The notes: generated by a model from the letters alone, not told the origin. 64,000 nucleotides of DNA from Bacteroidales bacterium (GCA_012522155.1 JAAYKX010000024.1:1893-65892), one strand, 5' to 3'; positions 1 to 7,770 are shown, numbered from the stretch's first letter. Numbers and translations are program-made.

Positions 1-549
1 ATCATTCAGCCCGAGTTCCATCTCAAGCCTGGACAATGATGAATAGGATCTGCCAAGATTCTTTCTGATACCGGTCAGAACCTTTTCAGGAACCGGACTT
101 TCCTCCTGTATCTTCCTGAATGACTCTTCATTTATCCTGTACTTAACAAGTTTTGCTTCAGGATCCGAAAAGTGTTTTTCCCTCTCCGGATCAATGCCAA
201 TGACTGCCACACCCTTTGTCTGGGTACCCGCCGAGGCCAGGGTGAAGGATTCGAGATGCGGGCTGACGGAAATTACATTGTCAAGCGAAGAAATTGCAGC
301 AATAAGTGAGTCATTATAGATGAATGAATTATCAACCACGGGGCTGTCCTGGTATTTTATATGCTGGACCTGCAGATAGCCCGTGAACGATCCAATGAAA
401 TTATTGATCATATGATCATAGGAACCCAGCTGGACAGATCTCATGACAAGTGCAAAAAACACTGCAAATGATACTGATGCTGCAGTTATTATGGTACGGC
501 GCCTGTTTCTCCAGAGATTCCTCCATGCTATCCTGAATTCCTCCTTCAT
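1..549 (-). CDS. ABC transporter permease, FtsX/MacB-type (N-terminal 183 codons; gene continues beyond window start)
   Basis: Own minus-strand translation from the ATG at 549 gives MKEEFRIAWRNLWRNRRRTIITAASVSFAVFFALVMRSVQLGSYDHMINNF... This is a basic stretch, TM1 and the start of a periplasmic domain, as in FtsX-family permeases. The frame stays open to position 1. It is absent from the ORF track because it is truncated. Confidence 0.7.
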   Translation of the reverse strand, partial: MKEEFRIAWRNLWRNRRRTIITAASVSFAVFFALVMRSVQLGSYDHMINNFIGSFTGYLQVQHIKYQDSPVVDNSFIYNDSLIAAISSLDNVISVSPHLESFTLASAGTQTKGVAVIGIDPEREKHFSDPEAKLVKYRINEESFRKIQEESPVPEKVLTGIRKNLGRSYSSLSRLEMELGLND

Positions 550-595
550 ACCGGATGGTCGTGTTTATTATACCATATGGAACAACTGCCCCGGG

Positions 596-1360
596 TCAGC
601 GCAGCCTCCTCATGTTCTGCTGGGAGAAAAAACTTTCTTCCAAAGGGATATTGAATCTGATTTCCCTGATCTCTATCACGGTTTTGTTTTGAGGCTCATC
701 TTCCGGTACAAGTTCAATCTTTGAAGGAATACTTCTTCCGTCCATGATCCTGATGTCTGAACATGTTTCCGTTCTTACAAGGTAACCGTCTTCATCATAC
801 AGCTCTGCCTTTAACATAATAAAGTCCTGCCTGTCAATCCATCTTAGCTGCTTTCCCCATATTACCGAAGCCTTTTCAAGTGCGGTCATTTCTATTTTAT
901 AACACAGACGTCCGTCCAGTTCCTCCTCTCCCATTATTTCATGACTGTAGTCATTTACAACTGAAGTTTCCCTCAGGATGTCGTCATGAGTATAGTCTGA
1001 GCCCATCCAGCCCTGCGAGAGCATTGAAGAAGGCAGTTTTATAATCCTGCTGACGGAAGGATTCCAGCTCCACATTTCAGAACCTCTTTTCAGAAAAGAC
1101 TGCCCCGCTTCCCTCGGAGGGGAAGTAATGAGTGAAATTGCAAAATCCCTTCCCATGACCCAGGTCCTGAATTCAACGGTCCTCTCCCATTCAGGCCTTA
1201 TCACCTTCATTGACATTACTGTATAACTGCTTTTCTCGCCGCTGAATTTCTCGTCGGCCCGCCTGATCACTTCCCTTGCAGTAAGAGACTGGCCGGCAAG
1301 GATACTGTTCCCGCCTGCAGACAGGATCAACAACAATGACAGTCCGATGAATCTTGTCAT
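596..1360 (-). CDS. outer membrane lipoprotein-sorting protein (LolA-like fold)
   Basis: Family-typical motifs are present: MSMKVIRPEWERTVEFRTW, KRGSEMWSWNPSVSRIIKLPSSMLSQGWMGSDYTHDDI. I shortened the start to the internal ATG at 1360 (MTRFIGLSLLLILSAGG, a signal peptide). The gene sits 46 bp upstream of an FtsX-type permease gene. Confidence 0.7.
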   Translation of the reverse strand: MTRFIGLSLLLILSAGGNSILAGQSLTAREVIRRADEKFSGEKSSYTVMSMKVIRPEWERTVEFRTWVMGRDFAISLITSPPREAGQSFLKRGSEMWSWNPSVSRIIKLPSSMLSQGWMGSDYTHDDILRETSVVNDYSHEIMGEEELDGRLCYKIEMTALEKASVIWGKQLRWIDRQDFIMLKAELYDEDGYLVRTETCSDIRIMDGRSIPSKIELVPEDEPQNKTVIEIREIRFNIPLEESFFSQQNMRRLR

Positions 1361-1825
1361 CCTTCTTTTTCTGATATCATTTTCCTGGTTCAAACAGTAA
1401 TAATAAAGATTTCCCATGTTATCAGCTGCCTTTTTCCCTTGACCGTCACCTCTCGTTGTTGTGCTGATTTCACTGACATGATATCTGACCAAACGTTCAT
1501 TCATTATTTTGTCTTCCGGCTGAGTACCTGATGACTGAACATTCAGTCAGTCTGCGTCTTTTTAAAAATCGTTCCTGGAACCGAACGTGTCTGCTAAAGA
1601 TAAAAGGAAAATTATCCTGAAACAAATTTAATTATCTGCCCTTTCTGATGTCTCCCTTTCCTTAACGCCGGAAAAAGACTTTCCGCAGGCCGCATTATTA
1701 TGTCGTCTGCTGCAACATTCATGACATATCTTCCGTTAAACCAGAAATCTGATATTTGAATACAGGTTCTTAATAATTAAGAAAAGATTTCTATCTTTAT
1801 ACGCTGTATCTAAAATGATTAACCA

Positions 1826-3439
1826 ATGGCAAGTCTGAAGCTTTTACTCGGATTAATTCCCTCTACCACAAAACTGGAGCTTAATGAAAAAGCCTTAACT
1901 GATGAATATGAAAAACTCAGGGCTTTTACGAATTCCGAACTCCTTTCCAGATACAATACACTGAACGATCTGATCAATTCCACGGATTTCCTCCGGAAGA
2001 AAAAGGAAATTGAATCACTTCAGTACAAGAATTCCGAAGAATATGTCAGGGAAAAAGAATTCTTTTCCCTGCAGAAATCCAGGGATATTGTGCTTTATTT
2101 CAAAACTGTTGCAGGAAATGCCTTAAAAAAGTTCCGTGAGATGGACGGGTCTGAACGGATCAGGGATTATGAATCCCTCGGGGAATATATCGACTCCTTT
2201 GAATTCAAGCAAAAGCAGAAAATGAAACCTGTCACTTTCAAGGATTCCGATGAGTACCGTAAGTTCCGCGAATATAAAAATCTGAAAAAGGATACCGAAA
2301 TAAAATCCTATTACAAGGCTGCTGCTAAGGGAGAAGCAACAAAATCCGCAGCTGTTGAAAAATTTGAAGAACTCAAGGCATTTATAAACAGTCCGGAATT
2401 CCTCAGGAAAAAGAAAATGAAACCTGTTACATTCAGGGATACTCCTGAATATCAAAAGCTTCTTGAACACAGGAGACTCAAAAAGAGTCCGGAAATAAAG
2501 GATTTTTATAAATTCCGGGATTCAAAGGAATATGCCAATTTCCTGAATATTGACGGTTCACAGAAGCTTGCCAGATACAATGAACTCAAGGATTATGTTG
2601 CAGGCTCTGAATTCAGGGATAAAAAGAACTACTATCTCGATAAGAAGAGATTTGAAAAAACGGAAATGTTTAAAAATATCGAGGAGTTCAACGCCCTGAA
2701 AAAGAACGAAGATATTGTATGGTACTTCAAAGTGAAGGACTCCGACAAATTCGACCTTATCAAAAACAGGGAACTCATTTTCTGTGATGAATTTGACGGT
2801 GACAGACTTGATACCACCAAATGGCTTACCAATTATTACTGGGGCGACAAGCTTCTTCACGAAAGATATTCTGTTGAAGGTGATCTTCAGGCATATACTG
2901 AAAAAGAAAATTTTGAGATCCGTAACAGTCTGCTGAAAATCATCACAAAACCACAAAAATATTCCGGTAAAATATGGACCCCGACTGACGGTTTCAGGCC
3001 GAATGAATTCAATTACACTTCAGGTATTGTCAATACCGGTAAAAGTTTTCGCCATCAGTACGGTATTTTTTCAGCCAAAATCAAGCTGGGCAACCCCGCA
3101 GCAAAAAATGCATTCTGGATGCTTGCCGATAAAATAACCCCTCATATTGATGTGTGCCGTACCTCAAACGGGAAAGTCCAGTTTGACTACTTTCCCTCAG
3201 TCAGTAAAATATTCAGGTCCGTGGCCGGCTCCAGATACGCCAGGGATTTTTACATATATACCCTTGAATGGACCCCGGACAAGCTTGTCTGGAAAATAAA
3301 CGGCGCTGTTGCATTTAAATGTACCACGGATGTTCCACAGGAGCCTATGTATATTTTGTTTTCCGGTGGACTGGACAAAGCTCTCAACAGCATGACATCC
3401 ATGGAAATTGACTGGGTGAGGGTATACAAACCAGTTTAA
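1826..3439 (+). CDS. GH16-fold (concanavalin-A-like) protein with N-terminal basic repeat region; catalytic motif not conserved
   Basis: The C-terminal ~230 aa show GH16 landmarks: DEFDGDRLDTTKW, YTSGIVNTGKSF, YGIFSAKIKL, NAFWML, EIDWVRVYK. The N-terminal ~300 aa hold about 5 diverged ~45-aa repeats (FxxKKKMKPVTF[KR]D..EY.K...K..EI..[FY]YK). No signal peptide is present. Confidence 0.75.
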   Translation: MASLKLLLGLIPSTTKLELNEKALTDEYEKLRAFTNSELLSRYNTLNDLINSTDFLRKKKEIESLQYKNSEEYVREKEFFSLQKSRDIVLYFKTVAGNALKKFREMDGSERIRDYESLGEYIDSFEFKQKQKMKPVTFKDSDEYRKFREYKNLKKDTEIKSYYKAAAKGEATKSAAVEKFEELKAFINSPEFLRKKKMKPVTFRDTPEYQKLLEHRRLKKSPEIKDFYKFRDSKEYANFLNIDGSQKLARYNELKDYVAGSEFRDKKNYYLDKKRFEKTEMFKNIEEFNALKKNEDIVWYFKVKDSDKFDLIKNRELIFCDEFDGDRLDTTKWLTNYYWGDKLLHERYSVEGDLQAYTEKENFEIRNSLLKIITKPQKYSGKIWTPTDGFRPNEFNYTSGIVNTGKSFRHQYGIFSAKIKLGNPAAKNAFWMLADKITPHIDVCRTSNGKVQFDYFPSVSKIFRSVAGSRYARDFYIYTLEWTPDKLVWKINGAVAFKCTTDVPQEPMYILFSGGLDKALNSMTSMEIDWVRVYKPV

Positions 3440-3517
3440 TCCGTTACCTGCAGATACAGAAAAAACCTGATCCGTGCTACAGGCACCGGACACAGGTATC
3501 TGTCAGATTTTCCCGTT

Positions 3518-3790
3518 CATACCACAATTGCGCCGGGATTCATGCATACCATAGCGACGGGACTAACACATACAATCACGCCGGAATTCATGGATACTAT
3601 CACGACTGGACTACTACATACAAACCGACGTAACTACCACATACAAACCACCGGGACTACCGCATAAAATAACGCCGCAACTCCTGCATACAATCATGCC
3701 GGCGCTACCACATACAATTGCGACGGGACTACCGCATAAAATAACGCCGCAACTCCTGCATAAAAACCGCTGACCGGAACTATTTCCGGA
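3518..3790. repeat. non-coding tandem array, ~11 units of 23-27 bp (consensus CATACAATnnCGnCGGGACTACCn)
   Basis: Units start at 3518, 3545, 3569, 3593, 3617, 3640, 3663, 3687, 3711, 3735 and 3759. The units at 3663 and 3735 are identical (CATAAAATAACGCCGCAACTCCTG), which gives a 72-bp higher-order period. The array ends in the inverted repeat CCGGAA-CTAT-TTCCGG (3774-3789). Confidence 0.85.
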
Positions 3791-3877
3791 TATCACAGCA
3801 GGGCACAGTCAAGCAGAAATCTGTTTTTTTCTGTAACTTTTTACAATTTTATACGTCTTTGAAACGTAATTCTGCCT

Positions 3878-4363
3878 ATGACCGCAAAGGAATTTAACAA
3901 AGCCGTTGACGAATATTCCGATTCCCTGTATCGTTTTATTCTTGCCGGTATAAGGGATGAAGAACGGGCAGGGGATATCGTTCAGGACACTTATGAAAAA
4001 CTGTGGAGAAATGTAACAGAACTTGATTATACCGTAGTAAAATCCTGGATTTTTTCAACTGCATACCATGGAATGATCGATATTATCCGGAAAGAAAGAA
4101 GAATGACAGTACTTGAAGACAAACACACGGCTGAGCTTGCACACGAGACCCAGTACAGTGATCTTAATGCCATTCTTCATAAAGCTCTGGAACGACTTCC
4201 TGAAAATCAGAGATCCGTAATCCTTCTTCGCGATTATGAAGGTTATTCCTACAGGGAGATAGGGAAGATAACGGGCATGAGTGAAGCCCAGGTCAAAATA
4301 AATATTTACAGGGGAAGGATAGCCCTGAAAAATTTTATTGGAAAGATTGAAACCGTATTGTAA
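3878..4363 (+). CDS. RNA polymerase ECF-type sigma-70 factor
   Basis: 161 aa. Region 2 (DIVQDTYEKLW...WIFSTAYHGMIDIIRKERR) and region 4 (LPENQRSVILLRDYEGYSYREIGKITGMSEAQVKINIYRGR) are recognisable. Confidence 0.9.
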   Translation: MTAKEFNKAVDEYSDSLYRFILAGIRDEERAGDIVQDTYEKLWRNVTELDYTVVKSWIFSTAYHGMIDIIRKERRMTVLEDKHTAELAHETQYSDLNAILHKALERLPENQRSVILLRDYEGYSYREIGKITGMSEAQVKINIYRGRIALKNFIGKIETVL

Positions 4364-4365
4364 GC

Positions 4366-5661
4366 ATGCAACCCGACAGATCAGAATATGAGAAATGGAT
4401 TGCCGACTGGCTCGCGGGAAATCTGGACAGGGACCGGAAAAAACAGTTTGATGAATTCCTTGCCGCCAATCCTGCTTTAAAGGAAGAAGCTGAATCATTG
4501 TTATTAACAGCTGTCGTACCCGATAATATTTCTTTTCCCCGAAAGAAGCTTCTTAGAAAAAGCCCTGAAGATTTTACTGCCTCACATGTCGAATATCTTT
4601 CCGTTGCATATCTCGAAAATGATCTCTCTCCTGAACAAAAAGAGGAACTTAATATCTGCCTGGCCAAAAACCCGGAACTCCGCCTTCTTTCTGAGTCAGT
4701 CAGAAAAACAAAGCTCAGCCCTCCCCTTGTCAGTTACAGTTTCAAAAAGCATCTGAAGAGAAAAACAAGGGCAGGAAAGATCCTGAGACTTTCTTCAGCG
4801 GGATTAAGTGCAGCAGCTGCAGTCACCCTGCTTGTAATGAGTTCTGTTTTCATAGTAAGGTATATGACGGAAAAGAAAAATATTTCCGGCACAGCAGATC
4901 TTATTGTCACGGATGGACAGCAACAGGCGCTGAGACAGGAACAAACGGAGGGACGGGAACTGCCGCTGATGCAGGAACAATCCAAAGAACAGCAACAGGC
5001 GCTGAGACAGGAACAAACGGAGGGACGGGAACTGCCGCTGATGCAGGAACAATCCAAAGAACAGCAACAGGCGCTGAGACAGGAACAAACGGAGGGAATG
5101 CTGCAACAAGCGGAAGGGGAACTGCCGACGGAACAGGAGCATCCGGAAGGGGAGCAACCGATGAAGCAGATACAAACAGAAAAACAGCAACTATCACCGG
5201 AACAGGGGCCACCAGAACCGGGGCGGCAGGAACAGGAGCGTCCGGAAGGGAAGCTGCCGCCGGAACAGGGGTGGCCGGAAAGGCAACTGCTGGCGGGCAT
5301 TATCAGGATAGAAGACCTTCCCCGGCCCGGTGTCGAAATTATGCAGAAGCCTGACCCCGGAACCCTTATGGCTGTTTCTATACCATACCGGGAACCGCTC
5401 TATGACGGCAGGAACGGCTTTACCAGGTTTCTTGCAAGAACTTTCCGGGAAAAGATCCTCAGAGATGACAGCGGAAACGATGCTCCCATCAGAAGCTACG
5501 AAATTGCATCAGCCGGCATTAACAGCATAAGCCGGATTTTTGGACTGGAAATGTCACTTACGGGCATTACTGACTCACAGGGAGATCTGAAATCTCTCTA
5601 TTTCAGTTCAAGGCTCGTGAAATTCAATGCTCCGGTAAAAAAAGACGAATCATTACAGTAA
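4366..5661 (+). CDS. putative membrane-anchored anti-sigma factor with E/Q/P-rich repeat region
   Basis: The gene starts 3 bp after the sigma stop. It has an N-terminal helical region, a single TM segment (ILRLSSAGLSAAAAVTLLVMSSVFIV) and then the repeat QQQALRQEQTEGRELPLMQEQSKE. The call rests on position and architecture only; I recognised no anti-sigma domain. Confidence 0.55.
   Translation: MQPDRSEYEKWIADWLAGNLDRDRKKQFDEFLAANPALKEEAESLLLTAVVPDNISFPRKKLLRKSPEDFTASHVEYLSVAYLENDLSPEQKEELNICLAKNPELRLLSESVRKTKLSPPLVSYSFKKHLKRKTRAGKILRLSSAGLSAAAAVTLLVMSSVFIVRYMTEKKNISGTADLIVTDGQQQALRQEQTEGRELPLMQEQSKEQQQALRQEQTEGRELPLMQEQSKEQQQALRQEQTEGMLQQAEGELPTEQEHPEGEQPMKQIQTEKQQLSPEQGPPEPGRQEQERPEGKLPPEQGWPERQLLAGIIRIEDLPRPGVEIMQKPDPGTLMAVSIPYREPLYDGRNGFTRFLARTFREKILRDDSGNDAPIRSYEIASAGINSISRIFGLEMSLTGITDSQGDLKSLYFSSRLVKFNAPVKKDESLQ
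4918..5097 (+). repeat. perfect 72-bp (24-codon) in-frame tandem repeat, 2.5 copies
   Basis: Copies at 4918-4989 and 4990-5061 are identical base for base. A third copy is identical over 5062-5097. More degenerate E/Q/P-rich repeats follow to about 5290. Confidence 0.95.
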
Positions 5662-5784
5662 CTTTTAAAGCAGCTTTACGTCTCAGCAACACGATCATTC
5701 CCTTAAAGCCATGAAAACAGCTTTAACCAGAATAAAACAAGCATATAAAAAATTTAAAAGCGGGACCGGTCCGGCGGGACACAG

Positions 5785-5901
5785 CCCGGCAAAGTCAAGC
5801 AAAACCCGTACTGCCGGAAGCAACCCGGCAAAACCAAACAGGATCAGCCCGGTGCAACACAACCCGGCAAAGTCAAACAGAACCAGCCGGCATAACCGGC
5901 C
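5785..5901. repeat. 39-bp degenerate tandem repeat, 3 copies (CCCGGCAAAGTCAA...)
   Basis: Copies start at 5785, 5824 and 5863, each beginning CCCGGCAAA. The tract lies between the anti-sigma stop (5661) and the next start (5938). Confidence 0.8.
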
Positions 5902-5937
5902 CCTTGAAACCTTTATGATACAAACACACAAAAGGAT

Positions 5938-6939
5938 ATGAAAAAATTAGTAATGATACTTGCTGCGATAATCTTCCTGGTTCAGGGATTCGGACAGAAT
6001 ATTTCATCAGCCAGGGACAGCGGTGCGGGAAAAACTGTGTCTGCTGACAGCTATGCGGGAAAAACCGTATCCGCTGACAGCAGTGATGCAGTAAGAGTGA
6101 TCCTGGGCAGAGATCTGATAAGGATTGAAGATAACCAGGAAGCTGTGAAAATCAAGGTGGGGAACAGAGGACTTACAATACTTGAATCCCTGGAGGCAGG
6201 AGAACGCAGGGTAAGTTTTGATCAGTACCACAAGAATGAAAAAGATGACCGGGAAACACTGTATGCCAGGGATTACCGGAATGATTACCGCGATGACAGA
6301 GTGATACGCCGGAAGCGTTTCAGGGGTCACTGGGCGGGTGTGGAAGCCGGGTTCAACAATTACCTGACGCCGGACAACAACTTTAATCTCCCTGAAAACA
6401 TAGATTATATGTCGCTACACTCCGGAAAATCCCGCTATTTTAATGCAAACGTGGCGCAGACAAGCCTGGGACTGACCAGGAGAATAGGCTTTGTAACCGG
6501 ACTGGGAATCAACTGGAACAACTACAGGTTTGACGGAAACAATAATATAATTAAAAAGGATAACGGGGAGATTGAAAAATATGACCCCGAACTGTTGCTG
6601 AAAAAATCCAAACTCTCAACACTGTACCTCACCCTTCCCTTTTTGCTGGAAATACAGATCCCCGCCACCTGCAGCCAGCTTAACATAGCGGCAGGACCGA
6701 TCGGCGCCGTAAAATTATATTCATATTCAAAAATGGTTTTTGATAACGGGGACAAGGTAAGGTCAGAGGATGATTTCAGTCTGAACATGCTCAGATATGG
6801 TGCCACACTGCGTATAGGATTCGGGAATTTCCAGATACACGGAACATCCTATTTCATGCCATTGTTTCAAACCGGAAAATCTCCCGGCGGGATTGACCTC
6901 TATCCCTTTGAGGTAGGACTTGCTTTTACGATAGATTAA
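5938..6939 (+). CDS. secreted protein, beta-rich C-terminal domain (possible outer-membrane beta-barrel)
   Basis: It has a signal peptide (MKKLVMILAAIIFLVQGFG), an N-terminal duplicated decapeptide AGKTVSADS[YS], and a C-terminal ~200 aa with an alternating hydrophobic/aromatic strand-like pattern. It is the third gene of the sigma/anti-sigma module. The fold call is tentative. Confidence 0.4.
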   Translation: MKKLVMILAAIIFLVQGFGQNISSARDSGAGKTVSADSYAGKTVSADSSDAVRVILGRDLIRIEDNQEAVKIKVGNRGLTILESLEAGERRVSFDQYHKNEKDDRETLYARDYRNDYRDDRVIRRKRFRGHWAGVEAGFNNYLTPDNNFNLPENIDYMSLHSGKSRYFNANVAQTSLGLTRRIGFVTGLGINWNNYRFDGNNNIIKKDNGEIEKYDPELLLKKSKLSTLYLTLPFLLEIQIPATCSQLNIAAGPIGAVKLYSYSKMVFDNGDKVRSEDDFSLNMLRYGATLRIGFGNFQIHGTSYFMPLFQTGKSPGGIDLYPFEVGLAFTID

Positions 6940-6994
6940 GCTGCCGACAGATTTAACTTCCGATAGATTTAAGCTGCCGACAGATCATACTTCC
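6930..6994. repeat. 32/33-bp tandem duplication spanning the stop codon of the 5938..6939 gene
   Basis: GATAGATTAAGCTGCCGACAGATTTAACTTCC (6930-6961) is followed by GATAGATTTAAGCTGCCGACAGATCATACTTCC (6962-6994). Confidence 0.8.
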
Positions 6995-7013
6995 CAAAAC
7001 AGGACAGATATGT

Positions 7014-7021
7014 TATCTTTG
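7014..7021 (+). promoter_or_regulatory. candidate Bacteroidota -7 promoter box (TATCTTTG) for pepE
   Basis: Exact match to the published Bacteroides -7 consensus TAnnTTTG, 36 bp upstream of the ATG at 7057. Confidence 0.35.
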
Positions 7022-7056
7022 CATTTTATCCTTGTGTAATCAACAAATCTGTCCGG

Positions 7057-7770
7057 ATGAATCTCCTTCTGATAAGCAATTCAACAAATCCGGGAGAAGC
7101 GTATCTGTCCTATCCAAGGCACAACATCCGCGAATTCCTCGGTCCGAAACCCCTTGATGTACTTTTTATTCCCTATGCAGCTGTTACATTTTCCTATGAT
7201 CTCTATGAGGAAAAAGTTTCGGAAAGATTCCGCGAAACCGGTCACAGGATAGTCTCCGTTCACCATTTCCCTGATCCGGTCAGGGCGGTCCGTGAGGCAG
7301 AAGCCATAGCCGTCGGAGGCGGAAACACATGGAAACTCCTTAAAAACATAAGGGAAAACAAACTGATCGGAGCTGTCAGGGGGAAAGTCATGGGAGGCAC
7401 ACCCTATGTCGGCTGGAGTGCAGGTGCCAATATGGCCTGCCCCACCATAATGACAACAAACGACATGCCTGTGACGAGACCGGCTTCATTCAGATCATTC
7501 AACCTTGTTCCCTTTCAGATAAATCCCCATTATCTTGACGCCAATCCGGAAGGTCATGCAGGGGAAACACGCGAACAGAGAATTATTGAATTTATTGAAA
7601 TGAATCCCGGCATTTATGTTGTCGGATTGCGCGAAGGGACCATGCTGGAGGTCAGAAACGGAAGCATTCGCCTTATTGGTCCCCGTAAAGCCAGAATATT
7701 CAAAAAAGGGATCACCCCTGTTGAACTTGGAGACAGTGATGATTTCTCATGGCTGCTGAAGAGCAGATAA
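7057..7770 (+). CDS. pepE: dipeptidase E (peptidase S51)
   Basis: MNLLLISNST start, GGGNTWKLL, VGWSAGAN (catalytic Ser context) and a 237-aa length typical of PepE. Confidence 0.88.
   Translation: MNLLLISNSTNPGEAYLSYPRHNIREFLGPKPLDVLFIPYAAVTFSYDLYEEKVSERFRETGHRIVSVHHFPDPVRAVREAEAIAVGGGNTWKLLKNIRENKLIGAVRGKVMGGTPYVGWSAGANMACPTIMTTNDMPVTRPASFRSFNLVPFQINPHYLDANPEGHAGETREQRIIEFIEMNPGIYVVGLREGTMLEVRNGSIRLIGPRKARIFKKGITPVELGDSDDFSWLLKSR

Noticed and set aside
596-1504. Long N-terminal extensions in several track ORFs: 596..1504, 7799.., 18121..19497, 19475..21067, 23909.., 24780.., 34638..35144, 47845..49512, 56492..56938
   Set aside because: The extensions use TTG or upstream ATG codons. They add non-homologous residues in front of obvious native N-termini (signal peptides or conserved first motifs). 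In two cases they would swallow a TAnnTTTG promoter box. Internal ATGs were preferred.
2123-2956. Antisense ORFs of 66-132 aa inside the GH16-like gene
   Set aside because: They are low-complexity F/L/I-rich mirror images of the K/E-rich repeats on the coding strand.
3518-3790. Possible CRISPR array (regularly spaced ~24-bp repeats)
   Set aside because: The units are contiguous and degenerate, with no unique spacers between them. The unit length is below typical CRISPR repeat size, and no cas genes are in the window.
3614-3796. 60-aa Cys-rich repeat ORF on the minus strand (…CGVILCGSP…), a possible secreted Cys-rich peptide
   Set aside because: The periodicity simply mirrors the 24-bp DNA repeat. 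I saw no signal peptide and no -7 promoter box. I treat it as a read-through artefact, though this is not formally excluded.
4734-5300. Three overlapping minus-strand ORFs (101-188 aa, Cys/Ser/Pro-rich) antisense to the anti-sigma gene
   Set aside because: They are generated by the stop-free E/Q/P-rich repeat on the opposite strand. The plus-strand gene has sensible architecture (TM segment, coupling to the sigma gene).
5695-5931. 78-aa hydrophobic repeat ORF (DFAGLC units) on the minus strand
   Set aside because: It is open only because of the 39-bp repeat, and it is antisense to an equally open plus-strand frame. There is no supporting signal.
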